Origin: Paraspadella gotoi
Lineage: Eukaryota; Animalia; Chaetognatha
Reading direction: 5' to 3'
Length of the DNA: 64,000 nucleotides
Assembly (NCBI GenBank): GCA_051294375.1
Contig: CM119267.1
Span: forward strand, 25,869,293-25,933,292
Shown piece by piece: positions 51,601-64,000 of the stretch (position 1 is the first letter of the stretch; the number at the start of each line of letters is the position of its first letter). Under the pieces are notes generated by a model. That model made no database searches, was not told the DNA's origin, and saw nothing but the letters and a program-made list of their open reading frames with translations. The position numbers and the translations under genes were made by a program.

Positions 51601-53426
51601 CCCACCATCCATCCCCTTAACCCCTCTGCCCCCATTTCCGCCCCTCGCGGTCACCTGACCCCAATGGCGGAAAATCCGGACTCGAGTTACGAGAGCGAAG
51701 TTTATTACGAGGCCCTCGAATATCCAGTCGTCGAAGACGACGACGACGACGACGAGGCGTCGCCCAACGGAGGTCTCTTATTTAACGCAATGGTGTTCAG
51801 TTGAAAGGATAGTTTTAGACGGCTTGGGTTTTGCATTCCTTGCTTTTGCAATCGCGGTGGGCGGGTTTCGGAAAACCGATTATGATCTATATATAATCTT
51901 TCGGTGATTGTTTTGGAGTTTACTGAAAAAATATTTTATTTATTTATTATTAATTTATTTATTTATTTATTACTTTATATATGGCACCGTAGGATATTTC
52001 CCCATAGTGATAGATTTTTTGTTTTTTTTTAAAAGCGACATATATTTTCGCATGGTTGTTGAGCTTGGGTTTTGCGCATGACACATCCGCGCACAATCAT
52101 TTTAATCTTTTTTAAATAATGTAATGGTGAAATGTTAAGAAAAAGAAGTCTTCGTGATTGCCATTAAATTTGCATGATTCGACCCCCCCGTTTTCTCACC
52201 CGCCCAATGGATTTCGCACATGATCTCGTCGTCCTATTTAGATCCACCCGTAAGCACGAACACCTCCCCCTTCGCTAGATCCCCCAGATATCGCACCTTC
52301 ACCCGCAAAACTTCCGCCGTCGCCCAAAACAGAATAGAGTCAGGAATTGTAGGCGGAGTCGCCTCCGCGCGCAGTAGTGCAGAGTCGAGTTTGCTTCGAG
52401 GCCGACCGGCCCCTTTGCCTTTAGTCAAAACTGGGGGTTCGAATGAGGGTCGCGGCTCCGAGCCGAAACCATCCCCGTCAGAGCGCTTAGAGCGGAGTAA
52501 GTCAAAGTATCGTTTATCCATCTGTAATCTGTATACATGTCTGTTTCGGGTTATATTTATATAGCTTATTATTAGCCGGAATTAGTCTCATGGTTTTTTT
52601 AGTCGCTTTGTTCGTTAGGATTTAGAGTCATTATTAATCCCACCAACTCAACTAATGCAGAACGTTCTTTCGTAATTTAAAAAAAATGCTCGAAACTTTT
52701 CTTCTCGACATTTTTATATTATTTATTCCCCTCCCTCTTTTAATTGAATCTACTTGATTTTTCCCTTAAAAATTCAACTTTATGATCTCGACCTTCAGCA
52801 CAATTATCCGTCGAGAATCGACTCGATTCATCTTCTCTTTCGAAGAGGCCTCCCCCAACCATTGGCCTCCACCCTCTGGAGCCGCTCGTCGACGACGATC
52901 GCGATTCCAGCAGCGGAGCCGGCGAGGAGCCCGCCTCCTATCCGGCGCTGCCTACCCGAGTAGACAGTTCCACCTTTACTCGGCCCGTGCGAAAAAGGGT
53001 CAAGCCCAGACTCTCGGCTCGCGACCCTCTGCCGCCACACGGGGAGATCGCTGCTCGCGAGTTTCCTTTGGCGCAGGGAGACGAGATCTTGGCGGAGCCT
53101 CTCGGTTCTATCGACAGTACGGGCGCCTTTCCTTTTTTTTCTTTTTTGAAAATTTTGCTTGAATTTTGTTTGAAGTGTAGTTGCTTTTGTGCTCCTCTTC
53201 TCCAACAACTTCCCTGTCCAAGCATGCTCTCCTTTTCGCATCGACCTAATTCGCTGTCTAGGCAGAATCTCTTTCGCTTTATTTCTTCTCAGGATGGAAT
53301 TCACGATACCAAACATTTTCAAAGCCAAAGCCAAGGAAGGGAGTCAGGTCTAGGAGATCGTCGAGAAGCTCCAGTTCTGACTCTAGTTCCGAACAAATTG
53401 GTAGTTTAAAAGAATCCCTTAATTAG
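41720..53426 (+). CDS. SLAIN: SLAIN motif-containing protein (SLAIN1/2 family); 3' end uncertain
   Basis: Exons 41720-41887, 41986-42110, 42209-42305, 42371-42482, 46621-46685, 51081-51198, 51551-51772, 52242-52496, 52799-53116, 53293-53400 or 53426 splice in phase. DEGTWLYQSP...SPVDWLRRDLDETPSPDVLKARSSLLNKLDEI matches the SLAIN motif as recalled (WLYSSP...PLxWCRxxLDxPSPDVExAKxSLIxKLD). Confidence 0.75.
43142..44598. mobile_element. hAT-like non-autonomous element
   Basis: TIRs tagagatgagcatcgttt / aaacgatgctcatcccca with duplicated (A)ATAATAT flanks. Confidence 0.7.
43705..44353. mobile_element. Transib-like MITE with CACAGTG termini
   Basis: CGTCG|CACAGTG...CACTGTG|CGCCG (5-bp GC-rich TSD, 4/5 match) around an extremely AT-rich core. 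Confidence 0.7.
44625..45256 (+). mobile_element. Helentron/DINE-1-like element with both ends
   Basis: 5' gtcggatctgc..gcagatctcgac hairpin, (gtcc)n core, 3' gcagatctgaca plus gtttgctcaaac stem-loop, in T-rich flanks. Confidence 0.7.
45705..45940. repeat. Minisatellite of about 22 bp (gaatgactatcatcgcatcaat)
   Basis: Tandem units; related arrays at 23815-23864 and 28247-28430, where the LTR element splits the array. Confidence 0.8.
46874..47572 (+). mobile_element. Second copy of the non-autonomous hAT-like element
   Basis: Similar to 24055-24811; perfect 8-bp TSD CTTATTCT. Confidence 0.78.
47710..49966 (+). mobile_element. Composite Helentron/DINE-1-like repeat
   Basis: Same 5' and 3' termini as 44625-45256, with internal insertions. 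Confidence 0.55.
49404..49435 (+). ncRNA. Penelope-type minimal hammerhead ribozyme core inside a palindrome (49327-49487)
   Basis: CTGATGA-A-GCTT(gaaatg)AAGC-GAAA-CAT-GTC: conserved core, stem II and a palindromic ACATGT stem III. The stem I 5' arm is not intact. Confidence 0.55.
50088..50306 (-). mobile_element. tRNA(Gly)-derived SINE-like repeat, copy 2
   Basis: Similar to 4421-4642. Confidence 0.65.
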
Positions 53427-54062
53427 TTTTACGTTATAACCGAGTAGATTGGTGAATTAATAACCCGTGGACTATCCAGGATCTAACCATACATGTATCA
53501 ATTTTGGGATGTTTTAATTTAGTTATAAGGAATCGCATGTCGTTTTTCGGCTTTTTAAAGTTGAAGTTCTGGGTCTTTTTGAATCAAAGCGGAACTGCCG
53601 TCTGCTCTAGAAGCTTAAACTTAAGATTTTTTTTTTCATTGATAAGCCGTAAATGAAAATTTCCCTTTTAATGAATTTCAGCGAAGTCTATTGTTGCTGC
53701 GCTGAAAACTATTTTTGCAAAGACGACAATAGATCTTTCGCTGTTGAATCCGGTTTTGTGTATTCGTAGGTTTTTTTGGCTTTTTTTTTTATCTCGCGTG
53801 ATTTTGGATCGCTTTAGCTTTTGTGTCGTCGTCGATATCGTTATCTGCGTCGGCGTTACGCTTTTCAGCAGATCCCGACTCTATAATTCACGTTGTCGGT
53901 CCTCAATCTTGTCGGGCATTCACTTATATCATGTCAGAACATCGAATTATGATAAATTATGCTTTTTTTAGGAATAACAGATTTTTTAGAGTTCAACAAC
54001 GAATTTTTTATTTCATAGGGACATGTTTCGACTCTGTGGTTGAGAGTCTTCATCTTCCTTAA

Positions 54063-55003
54063 GGCCAGGGATCACTCAACCTAAAATTGTAGAAATCTTA
54101 ATTTACTGTATCTTAATCATTTTCTCATATCCTGTAAGAGGTTTCTATTGAAAAATAATCGAAAACTTTTAAAAATCTACATAAAATGTTCATAAAAATT
54201 TGAACAAAATTTTTTCTTCGGTAAAACTAGATTTTCAAGAGAAAAATAATTTTTTATATGTAAGCTAAATTTCTACAACTAAATTTTTAACTTAAAACTG
54301 ATTCTTACAGTAAGCTCAATTTCTACTTCTTATATTTAATTCTTCCTTTGGTACAAGTACATACTTGGAGTTGTATCACTAATAAGTCTATAATAAACTA
54401 CTTAACACATTTTCCAGACGAGTTTTATACTTTTGTGAGTTTTATGAGTTAAAAAACTCATCGAATTTATTTCAATTTGACTTTTTACTTTATGTAAATG
54501 TTTAATGAGTTAATGAGTACAGAATTTGACTTTCTTGACGAAGTGAAGTTAAAAACGAAGAGTTGCAGCTCAAACCGATGGACTCTTCTTGAAGAAAAAA
54601 ATATCTTGGCAAGAAAGGAAAGGTGGGGGAGATTCTATGAGCTCGTTTTTGAAAAAATGTTTTTCGTTTCAAAGATATCAAGGAATTAATCCCAAAAATT
54701 GATTAAAATAATCAAATTTTAAATGAAGGAAGGAAAATTTTGTAAGTATCTTTTCATAGAATTGGAGTTCGTGACCTAAAGGTAATTCATGCCAAATTTT
54801 ATGAGAAACCGCCTTACCGTTTGGGCTGCAACTCTTCAAATAGGTTTTTTTATTTTATATAGTACCAAAAAAAATCGAAAAAACGATGACGCCTTTGAAA
54901 AAATAGTAAAGTGAATACATTTTCGGAATCGTCAGGAGCTCTCCTTTCGAAATCCGAGCTCGGTTTTAGCCTAATTATAATTTGAATTGAGTGATCCCGG
55001 ACC
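54063..55003. mobile_element. Kolobok-like element, copy 2, nested in a Helentron-like repeat
   Basis: Same TIRs and TTAA flanks as 16834-17773. Confidence 0.75.
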
Positions 55004-55989
55004 TTAAAATATAACACACGAACAAAGAAAAGAATCATAATGTCTGATAAATTATGCAAAAAAAACGATGACTGTCCATCCGTCCGTCCCACCTTAGCAA
55101 AATTACTCGTGATTGGATGGATGGATTGGAATGAAATTTTGTGTGTGAGTAGGGAAGTGTGTGATTGAGCTGGATATGAAGTTTCGATGGAATCGTGCGA
55201 GTGGAAAAGAGTTTAAATGGAAAAAAGAAATTTCACAATTTGAACGCTACTTACTCATGAGTGGATGAGGCGATTGACCTGAAATTTTGTATGTGGGTTG
55301 GAAAGTGTGTGATTAAGCTGGAAATCAAGTTTAAATAGAATCGTCTAGGTGGAAATGAGTTTAAAAAAAGTCAAAACATGTCCAAATAAAAACAAATCAT
55401 CATTGTCGCTAACAAATTTTGCTATTTCTTCTAATCTCAAACACAACAAAACGAAAGAATTCGATACAATAAAATGGAAAAATTAAAAACCTTGTTTCAC
55501 TAATTGATTATGCTTCTTTTTCTTTTTATATTAAATGTAAATGCAAGATGTATTTATTAAATAATCAGTTAATTAATCAATTAGTTAATTCATTAATAAA
55601 TAATTAATTAATCGGTTAATTAATCAATCAATTATTCAATCAATTTATTTAGTTATCTATAAATTAATTATTCAATCAATCAATTTATTTATTTAATCAA
55701 TCAAGTCAATTGTTATCGGCATTATTGTCGTCATCGCCATCATTGTTGTTGCCTTTATTGTGGTCAGTGACGAAAAGACCTAAAAGCAAACATTTCAGAT
55801 GAAATTAATTAATTTATTAATTAAATTATTATTTTAGTTTATATTAATTAATTAATTAATTACCGCTAATGATTGTAGGCTCAAACTTGTTTTTTATATA
55901 GTTTTGATTGGGGCTTACATTTTTTTTTTAAATAAAAACTACTACGAATTATGGAGAAAGCGATGCCTTTTTATTCGCGTATAATTGTT

Positions 55990-58900
55990 TTTATTTATTT
56001 ATATTAATTTATTTATTTACTTTATATATGGCACCGAGGATACTTCCCCATAGTGATAGATTTTTTGTTTTTTTTTTTAAAAGCGACATATATTTTTCGC
56101 ATGGCTGTTGAGGCTTGGGTTTTGCGCATGGACACAATCCTCCGCGGCACAATCATTTTAAATCTTTTTTAAATAATGTAATGGTGAAATGTTAAGAAAA
56201 AGAAGTCTTCGTGATTGCCATTAAATTTGCATGATTCGACCCCCCGTTTTCTCACCCGCCCAATGGATTTCGCACATGATCTCGTCGTCCTATTTAGATC
56301 CACCGCGTAAGCCACGACACACTCCCCCTCTCGCTAAGTACCCCCAGATATCGCACCTTCACCCGCAAAAACTTCCGCCGTCGCCCAAAACAAGAATAGA
56401 GTCAGGAATTGTAGGCGGAGTCGCCTCCCGCGCCGCAGTAGTGCAAGAGTCGAGTTTGCTTCGAGGCCCGACCGGCCCCTTGCCTTTAGTCAAACTGGGG
56501 TTCGAATGAGAGGGTTCGCGGCTCCGAGCCGAAACCACCCCGTCAGAGCGCTTAGAGCGGAGTAAGTCAAAGTATCGTTTATCCATCTGTAATCTTGTAT
56601 AATCAGCGTCGTGGTTGGAGATGTAAATGCTTATTATTAGCCGGAATTAGTCTCATGGTTTTTTAGTCGCTTTTGTCTAGGATTTAGAGTCATTATTAAT
56701 CCCACCAACTCAACTAAGTCATGAACCGTCGTAATTTAAAAAAATGCTCGAAACTTTTCTTCTCGACATTTTTAATTATTTATTCCCCTCCCTCTTTTAA
56801 TTGAATCTATTATTTTTCCCTTAAAAATCAACTTTATGATCTCGACCTTCAGCACAATTATCCGTCGAGAATCGACTCGATTCCATCTTCTCTTTCGAGA
56901 GGCCTCCCCCAACCATTGGCCTCCACCCTCTGGAGCCGCTCGTCGACGACGATCGCGATTCCAGCAGCGGAGCCGGCGAGGGAGCCCGCCTCCTATCCGG
57001 CGCTGGCCTACCCGAGTAGACAGTTCCACCTTTACTCGGCCCGTGCGAAAAAAGGGTCCAGCCCAGACTCTCGGCTCGCGACCCTCTGCCGCCACACGGG
57101 GAGATCGCTGCTCGCGAGTTTCCTTTGGCGCAGGGAGACGAGATCTTGGCGGAGCCTCTCGGTTCTATCGACAGTACGGGCGCCTTTCCTTTGTTTTTCT
57201 TTTTTTGAAAATTTTGCTTGAATTTTGTTTGAAGTGTAGTTGCTTTTGGGCTCCTCTTCTCCAACAACTTCCCTGTCCAAGCATGCTCTCCTTTTCGCAT
57301 CGACCTAATTCGCTGTCTAGGCAGATCTCTTTCGCTTTATTTCTTCTCAGGATGGAATTCACGATACCAAACATTTTCAAAGCCCAAAGCCAAGGAAGGG
57401 AGTCAGGTCTAGGAGATCGTCGAGAAGCTCCAGTTCTGACTCTAGTTCCGAACCAAATTGGTAGTTTAAAAGAATCCCTTAATTAGTTTTACGTTATAAC
57501 CGAGTAGATTGGTGAATTAATAACCCGTGGACTATCCAGGATCTAACCATACATGTATCAATTTTGGGATGTTTTAATTTAGTTATAAGGAATCGCATGT
57601 CGTTTTTCGCTTTTTAAAGTTGAATTCTGGGTCTTTTTGAATCAAAGCGGAACTGCCGTCTGCTCTAGAAGCCTTAAACTTAAGATTTTTTTTTTCATGA
57701 ATAAGCCGTAAATGAAAATTTCCCTTTTAATGAAATTTCAGCGAAGTCTATTGTTGCTGCGCTGAAAACTCATTTTGCAAAGACGACAATAGATCTTTCG
57801 CTGTGAATCCGGTTTTGTGTATTCGTAGGTTTTTTTGGCTTTTTTTATCTCGCGTGAATTTTGGATCGCTTTAGCTTTTGTGTCGTTCGTCGATATCGTA
57901 TCTGCGTCGGCGTTACGCTTTTCAGCAGATCCCGACTCTATAATTCACGTTGTCGGTCCTCAATCTTGTCGGGCATTCACTTATATCATGTCAGAACATC
58001 GAATTATGATAAATTATGCTTTTTTTACAGGAATAACAGATTTTTTAGAGTTCAACAACGTGAATTTTTATTCATAGGGACATGTTTCGACTCTGTGGTT
58101 GCAGAGTCTTCATCTTTCCTTAAGGCCAGGATCACTCAACCTAAATTGTAGAAATCTTAATTTACTGTATCCTTAATTCATTTTCTCATATCTGTAAGAG
58201 GTTTCTTATTGAAAAATAATCGAAAACTTTTAAAAATCTACATAAAATGTTCATAAAAATTTGAACAAAATTTTTTCTTCGTAAAACTAGATTTTCAAGA
58301 GAAAATAATTTTTATATGTAAGCTAAATTTCCACAACTAAATTTTTAACTTAAAAACTGATTCTTTACAGTAAGCTCAATTTCTACTTCTTATATTTAAT
58401 TCTTTCCTTTGGTACAAGTACATACTGGAGTTGTATCACTAATAAGTCTATAATAAACTACTCTACACATTTCCAGACGAGTTTTTATACTTTTGTGAGT
58501 TTTATGAGTTTAAAAACATCATCGAATTTATTTCAATTTGACTTTTTACTTTATGTAAAATGTTTAATGAGTTTAATGAGTTACAGAATTTGACTTTCTT
58601 GACGAAGTGAAGTTAAAACACGAAGAGTTGCAGCCTCAAAACCGATGGACTCTTCTGAAGAAAAAAATATCTTGGCAAGAAAGGAAAGGTGGGGGAGATT
58701 CTATGAGCTCGCTTTTGAAAAAAATGTTTTTCGTTTCAAAGATATCAAGGAATTAATCCCAAAAATATGATTAAATAATCAAATTTTAAATGAAGGAAGG
58801 AAAATTTTGTAAGTATCTTTCATAGAATTGGAGTTCGTGACCTAAAGGTAATTCATGCCAAATTTTATGAGAAACCGCCTTACCGTTTGGGCTGCCAACT

Positions 58901-60030
58901 CTTCAAATAGGTTTCTTTATTTTATATAGTACCAAAAAAAAATCGAAAAAACGATGACGCCTTTGAAAAAAATAGTAAAGTGAATACATTTTCGAGAATC
59001 GTCAGGAGCTCTCCTTCGAAATCCGAGCTCCGTTTTAGCCTAATTATATTTGAATTGAGTTATCCCGGACCTTAAAATCATAAACACAACGAAAAGAAAG
59101 AATCGTAATGTCTGATAAAATTATGCAAAAAAAACGATGACTTCCATCCGTCCCGTCCCACCTTAGCAAAAATTACTCGTGATTGGATGGATGGATTGCG
59201 AATGAAATTTTGTGTGTGAGTAGGGAAGTGTGTGATTGAGCTGGATATGAAGTTTCGATTGGAATCGTGCTGCGAGTGCGAAAAGAGTTTTAAATGGAAA
59301 AAAGAAATTCACAATTTGAACACGCTACCTTACTCATGAGGTGATGAGGCGAATTGACCTGAAATTTTGTATGTGGGTTGAAAGTGTGTGATTAAAGCTG
59401 GAAATCAAGTTTAAATAGAATCGTCTAGGTGGAAATGAGTTTAAAAAAGTCAAAACATGTCCAAATAAAAACAAATCATCATTGTCGCTAACAAATTTTG
59501 CTATTTCTTCTAATCTCAAACACAACAAAACGAAAGAATTCGATACAATAAATGGAAAAATATTAAAAACCTTGTTTCACTAATTGATTATGCTTCTTTT
59601 TCTTTTATATATAAATGTAAATGCAAGATGTATTTATTAAATAATCAGTTAATTAACTCAATTAGTTAATTCATTAATAAATAATTATTAATCGGTTAAT
59701 TAATCAATCAATTATTCAATCAATTTATTTAGTTATCTATAAATTAATTATTCAATCAATCAATTTATTTATTTAATCAATCAAGTCAATTGTTATCGGC
59801 ATTATTGTCGTCATCGCCATCATTGTTGGTTGCCTTTATTGTGGTCAGTGACGAAAAGACCTAAAAGCAAATATTTCAGATGAAATTAATTAATTTATTA
59901 ATTAAATTAATTATTTTAGTTTATATTAATTAATTAATTAATTACCGCTAATGATTGTAGGTTCAAACTTGTTTTATATAGTTTTGATTGGGGCTTACAT
60001 TTTTTTTTAAATAAAAACTACTACGAATTA
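55990..60030 (+). repeat. Tandem duplicate of about 51940-55951 (SLAIN exons 8-10 plus repeats), with frameshifts
   Basis: Collinear copy of about 4 kb with many 1-2 bp indels. Confidence 0.85.
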
Positions 60031-61539
60031 CGATAGATTTTTATAAAAGTGTGCGACATAAGTAAGTAAAAAAAAATTAAATATGGCTTCTCATCTTTAG
60101 GATCTTTACAATTATCATATTTTTTTATATGGATTAGACACTAGACCTTTGCCATATATGAAAAGTTTGAAATAAAAAAACGAGTATTGTGTAAAAGGTG
60201 CCCATACATCATATGAAATTTTTTGAACATTTTTTTCAAAAAAAAATTTAACAGTAAAATGCTGCCAACTTTGAAAAAAAATGAAAAAAAATGGTAAAAA
60301 TAGACTTTTTGCTAAATATCTTTAAAAGCTTTATATGCTAGAGGGACGAAACCCAAACTATCTTGTAGAGTGGAAAAAATTGACTATGTTACATACTCGC
60401 CATTATAAATTAAGTTAGTTTTTTACTAAGGAAAATTTTTTTTAAAACCTATTGTTTTGGGTCAATTTTGATAAAATTTTAAAAAAATGATATTTTTAAC
60501 AATGTTCATGAAATATTTTGTAAAAAAATTATGGCGAATCGAATATAAAGATAATTGCCTTTTGTTTGCTGAAAGAATTTTTTAAAAAGATTATCGGTTA
60601 AAAAGTTATAATTTTTTTAAATTAAAAAAAAAATCACTTTCTTAATAATTATTTTTTATTTAACTAGGCTACTAGAGTGAACACTTAGCAGTAAATGAAA
60701 AAAATAGTAAATCTGATTTGACAATGGTAACTTTAATATTTTGTCTCACCAGGTCATTAAAGTTTTTTTTTAATTTTTATCATTTTATAATGTAATTATG
60801 ACTTTTAAATAAGGTAGTTTTTTAAANNNNNNNNNNNNNNNNNNNNNNNNNTATGATCTGGGCGTTAATTGTGTTAGTTTCGTTTAGATCGATAGAATTT
60901 CATTGATATTCCGTGATATAGATTCTGAATTTACCTCTTCCCTGCGATTCCGCTGATTGCGGAGAGCTAACGAACGCAGTCGTGTTTAAGTTTAACATCT
61001 GATTGACAGAAGTCTTCTTGCTCTCAATCTCAAACACGTGTGGGTAAATGGAAAGGGAAAATACTTTAAATAATGTCTGTTGTAACTATTTTACTGCCAA
61101 TGTTGTATATTCTCTATTCTGCGAACCAAATTGAAGTCTTAACTCACCACTTGCTCTCCTTACACCACCCTCCTTCTTGTTTATTTCGTCTTAACGTTAC
61201 GCGGATGACTAGATGTACCTGAGTATGAAATTGTAGTGATTCTTGCAAAATGTGTTACTGTTCTGCTTTTATTATAGGTTCTAAAGAAAGATGCAAGGTT
61301 ATAGTTAAGGGTTGTTTTACATGTAGAATGTTGTGGTTCAAAAGATAACTTTTTCGAGAGCAGTCGGTCTGAACAGGCAGGAATTTGAATTACGCATAAT
61401 TAGATTAAGGGCACGATTTAGGGAACTCTAGCATAGGGAATAGAGATATGAAAAATACTAGATTTGTGATTTATTTTGCGATAATCTCTGATATATTAGG
61501 TCGCGGCGTTAAGTAGCGCTTCAAATTACGTGATATTTG

Positions 61540-62370
61540 ATTTTTATAAAAGTGGTGCGATCATAGTAAGTAAAAAAAAATTAAATATTGGCTTCTCATC
61601 TTTAGGATCTTTACATTATCATATTTTTTATATGGATTAGACACTAGACCTTTGCCATATATAAATTTTGAATAAAAAAACGCAGTATTGTGTAAAAGGT
61701 GTCCCATAACATCATATGAAATTTATTTGAACATTTTTTTTCAAAAAAAAATTTACATGTTAAATGCTGCCAACTTTGAAATAAAATGAAAAAAAATAGG
61801 TAAAAAATTAGACTTTTTGCTAAATATCTTTAAAAGCTTTATTTGCTAGAGGGACAACCCAAACTATCTTTGTGAGTGGAAAAAATTGACTATGTTACAT
61901 ACCTCGCCATTATAAATTAGATATTAGTTTTTTCTAAGGAAAATTTTTTTAAAACTATTGTTTTGGTCAATTTTTGATAAATTTTAAAATGATATTTTTA
62001 ACAATGTTCATGAAATATTTTGTAAAAAAAATTATGGCGAATCGAATTAAAGAAATAATTGCCTTTTGTTTGCTGAAAGAATTTTTTAAAAAAGATTATC
62101 GGTTAAAAAGTTATAATTTTTTTAAATTAAAAAAAAATCACTTTCTTAATAATTATTTTTGTTAATTAGGTTTGAACTAAGCTAAAGGTAAAGGGAATGC
62201 ACTTTTTTTAGAGTAAATAAAAAAGTTTATGAGTAAATTCGATTTGACCAATGTAATTTAATATTGTTCTCACCCAGTCGTCGTTAAGGGTTCTTTTTTT
62301 GTTCTCAATCTTTTTATTTTAATATATTGTGAATTATGACTGTTTCTAAATATAAGGGCTAGTTTTTTAA
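61540..62370 (+). repeat. Noisy duplicate of about 60035-60826 across the 25-N gap
   Basis: Collinear, indel-rich repeat downstream of the N run at 60827-60851. Confidence 0.75.
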
Positions 62371-63336
62371 TATTTTTTCTTATTGAAAAGAAAACTAGAA
62401 AAAATTACAGGCTATTAAGATGTTGAAGTGTAGAAAATTGAAATATTCATGTGTCGCTTATAACATAAATCATTATATTAAAGTTAATAGTAATGATCAT
62501 GTATTTCCGCATGTTTCCATATAGTTTCTCATCCTAATTTTTTGAAGAACTCAGTACAGTAAAACAGTTGTTTAAATAAAATATTAATGTGTGCAGATCA
62601 TATATCTAGATAATCCAAGAATAATATACAAAAGTAAGATTGGTTTATAAAATAAATTGTTATTGTGATAATCATAAGAGTGAAACATAGGATTATATAG
62701 CTACGACCAAAGGTGTGAGAGATCAAAAAAATAAGGAAAACCCCTATATTAGTGGTAGTGTAAATGTTCTAACATTTTAACTTTAAATTAAAAATTTCTA
62801 AAATGAGGACGAACCAACATATATTATAGACTGAGACTATGCTCACTTATTGTTATATCTGCATAACAAAATTTATTTATACTTTTCCCTCATTTACCGT
62901 CTCCCCTCTCATGCCATATTTCCTTCTCATCTAGTACCTTACTCAATCAATTGTTTAACAAATTTTCCCTAAAACGTTTTTTTTCAAGATTTTTTGCAGA
63001 TTTGCGATTCGTCTATTAAAATTGATAATAAGACAAATATCATCAATAACAACTCATTTTTTAAAAAAATTCATTTCATTAAGTGGTCAAAAATTTTTAA
63101 AAAAAGCTATATTTTAAGCTGAAAAATTAAACTTTTTTTACTATATTATCTTATTAGTTTTCTGCTCTCATTTTTTCCCATCTTAATTGAAAGAATTTTT
63201 AAAAATAATTCTATATTTTTCTTCTATCATTTCTTTGACGAGGCATTCAAATCCTGCTATCATAACACTTCGAAAAGCTATTTGAAATTTTCTTCAATTC
63301 TTTATAACAGGATTACGTTAGTATTATAATATTACC

Positions 63337-64000
63337 CTAGCGAGTCCTCACGTCGTTCCTACGAAATCGCAAGAAGGGACTTCTCTAATAGGAGAATATA
63401 TTCAAAGTAAAATCCTGACGCTCAGCGCCCAAATAATTTTCCACGCCTCTGGAAAAATTCGGTAAAGATACGTGTAAAAACACTCGATTCCGGATTCTGT
63501 TGCATCTGAAGGCCGCATTTTTTTTCTCTTGACGAAAGATAACCATTCATTTTGACATTCAAGACCCATCCGATCAAATGGACTGGTAGCCATGGGACAA
63601 ATCGGAAAATATTTTTTGCCAGCTGAATTCTTATATAATATATCTGAAAATAAAGCTCCTTTCTCAGTTCCGCTTAATTATACAATTGTTCAACGTCTTC
63701 ATATCAACATATGTTTGTCATGTTTACAATTAAACTTCGAATTCGAATCGATTAGCTATCTATAGTTGAAGTGCTCCTCGCAAAATTATTTCTCTCTCTT
63801 AAGAATGTTTAATTTGGTTAATTTATTAATATGAATACATTCCGAGTGTGGAACGGTGACTATAAGACCAAAATTATTATAGGCTCAAGGATTAAATATT
63901 TATAATTATAACACCAGTAAATGTTCTCAGCGACCCAGGAGCATAGATGCGATGCACAGGTTTCTAAGAGTTTTCAACCGGGGTAGTTTCCCAGTTTTCT
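63337..64000 (-). mobile_element. Third, diverged copy of the 24055-24811 element, cut by the window end
   Basis: Minus strand matches ccttcagatgcaaca...gaacgacgt and cccggttgaaaactcttagaa. Confidence 0.6.

Noticed and set aside
56231-57486. Separate gene
   Set aside because: Frameshifted duplicate of SLAIN exons 8-10.

Overview
Eukaryotic (animal, invertebrate-like) genomic DNA with GC/CpG-rich exons in very AT-rich, transposon-filled introns. Eight protein-coding genes lie on the + strand: the 3' part of UBL3, then TRDMT1/DNMT2, PIGA, an Asteroid/FAM120-like PIN-domain gene, KIFBP, LTN1, EARS2 and a SLAIN-motif gene. The last seven are separated by only 60-345 bp (stop to ATG), while their introns reach about 12 kb. 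This is the layout expected of a eukaryotic operon resolved by spliced-leader trans-splicing, and it is the main finding (inferred, not proven). Mobile DNA includes a DIRS-type tyrosine-recombinase retrotransposon with its internal complementary region (ICR) at the 5' end, a decayed Ty3/Gypsy-like LTR element lacking an obvious tRNA primer site, a solo LTR, tRNA-derived SINEs, hAT-, Kolobok-, Tc1/mariner- and Transib-like non-autonomous elements, Helentron/DINE-1-like repeats and Penelope-type hammerhead motifs. Several indel-rich duplications near N gaps are probably assembly artefacts. All exon boundaries and family calls were made by eye; no searches were run.
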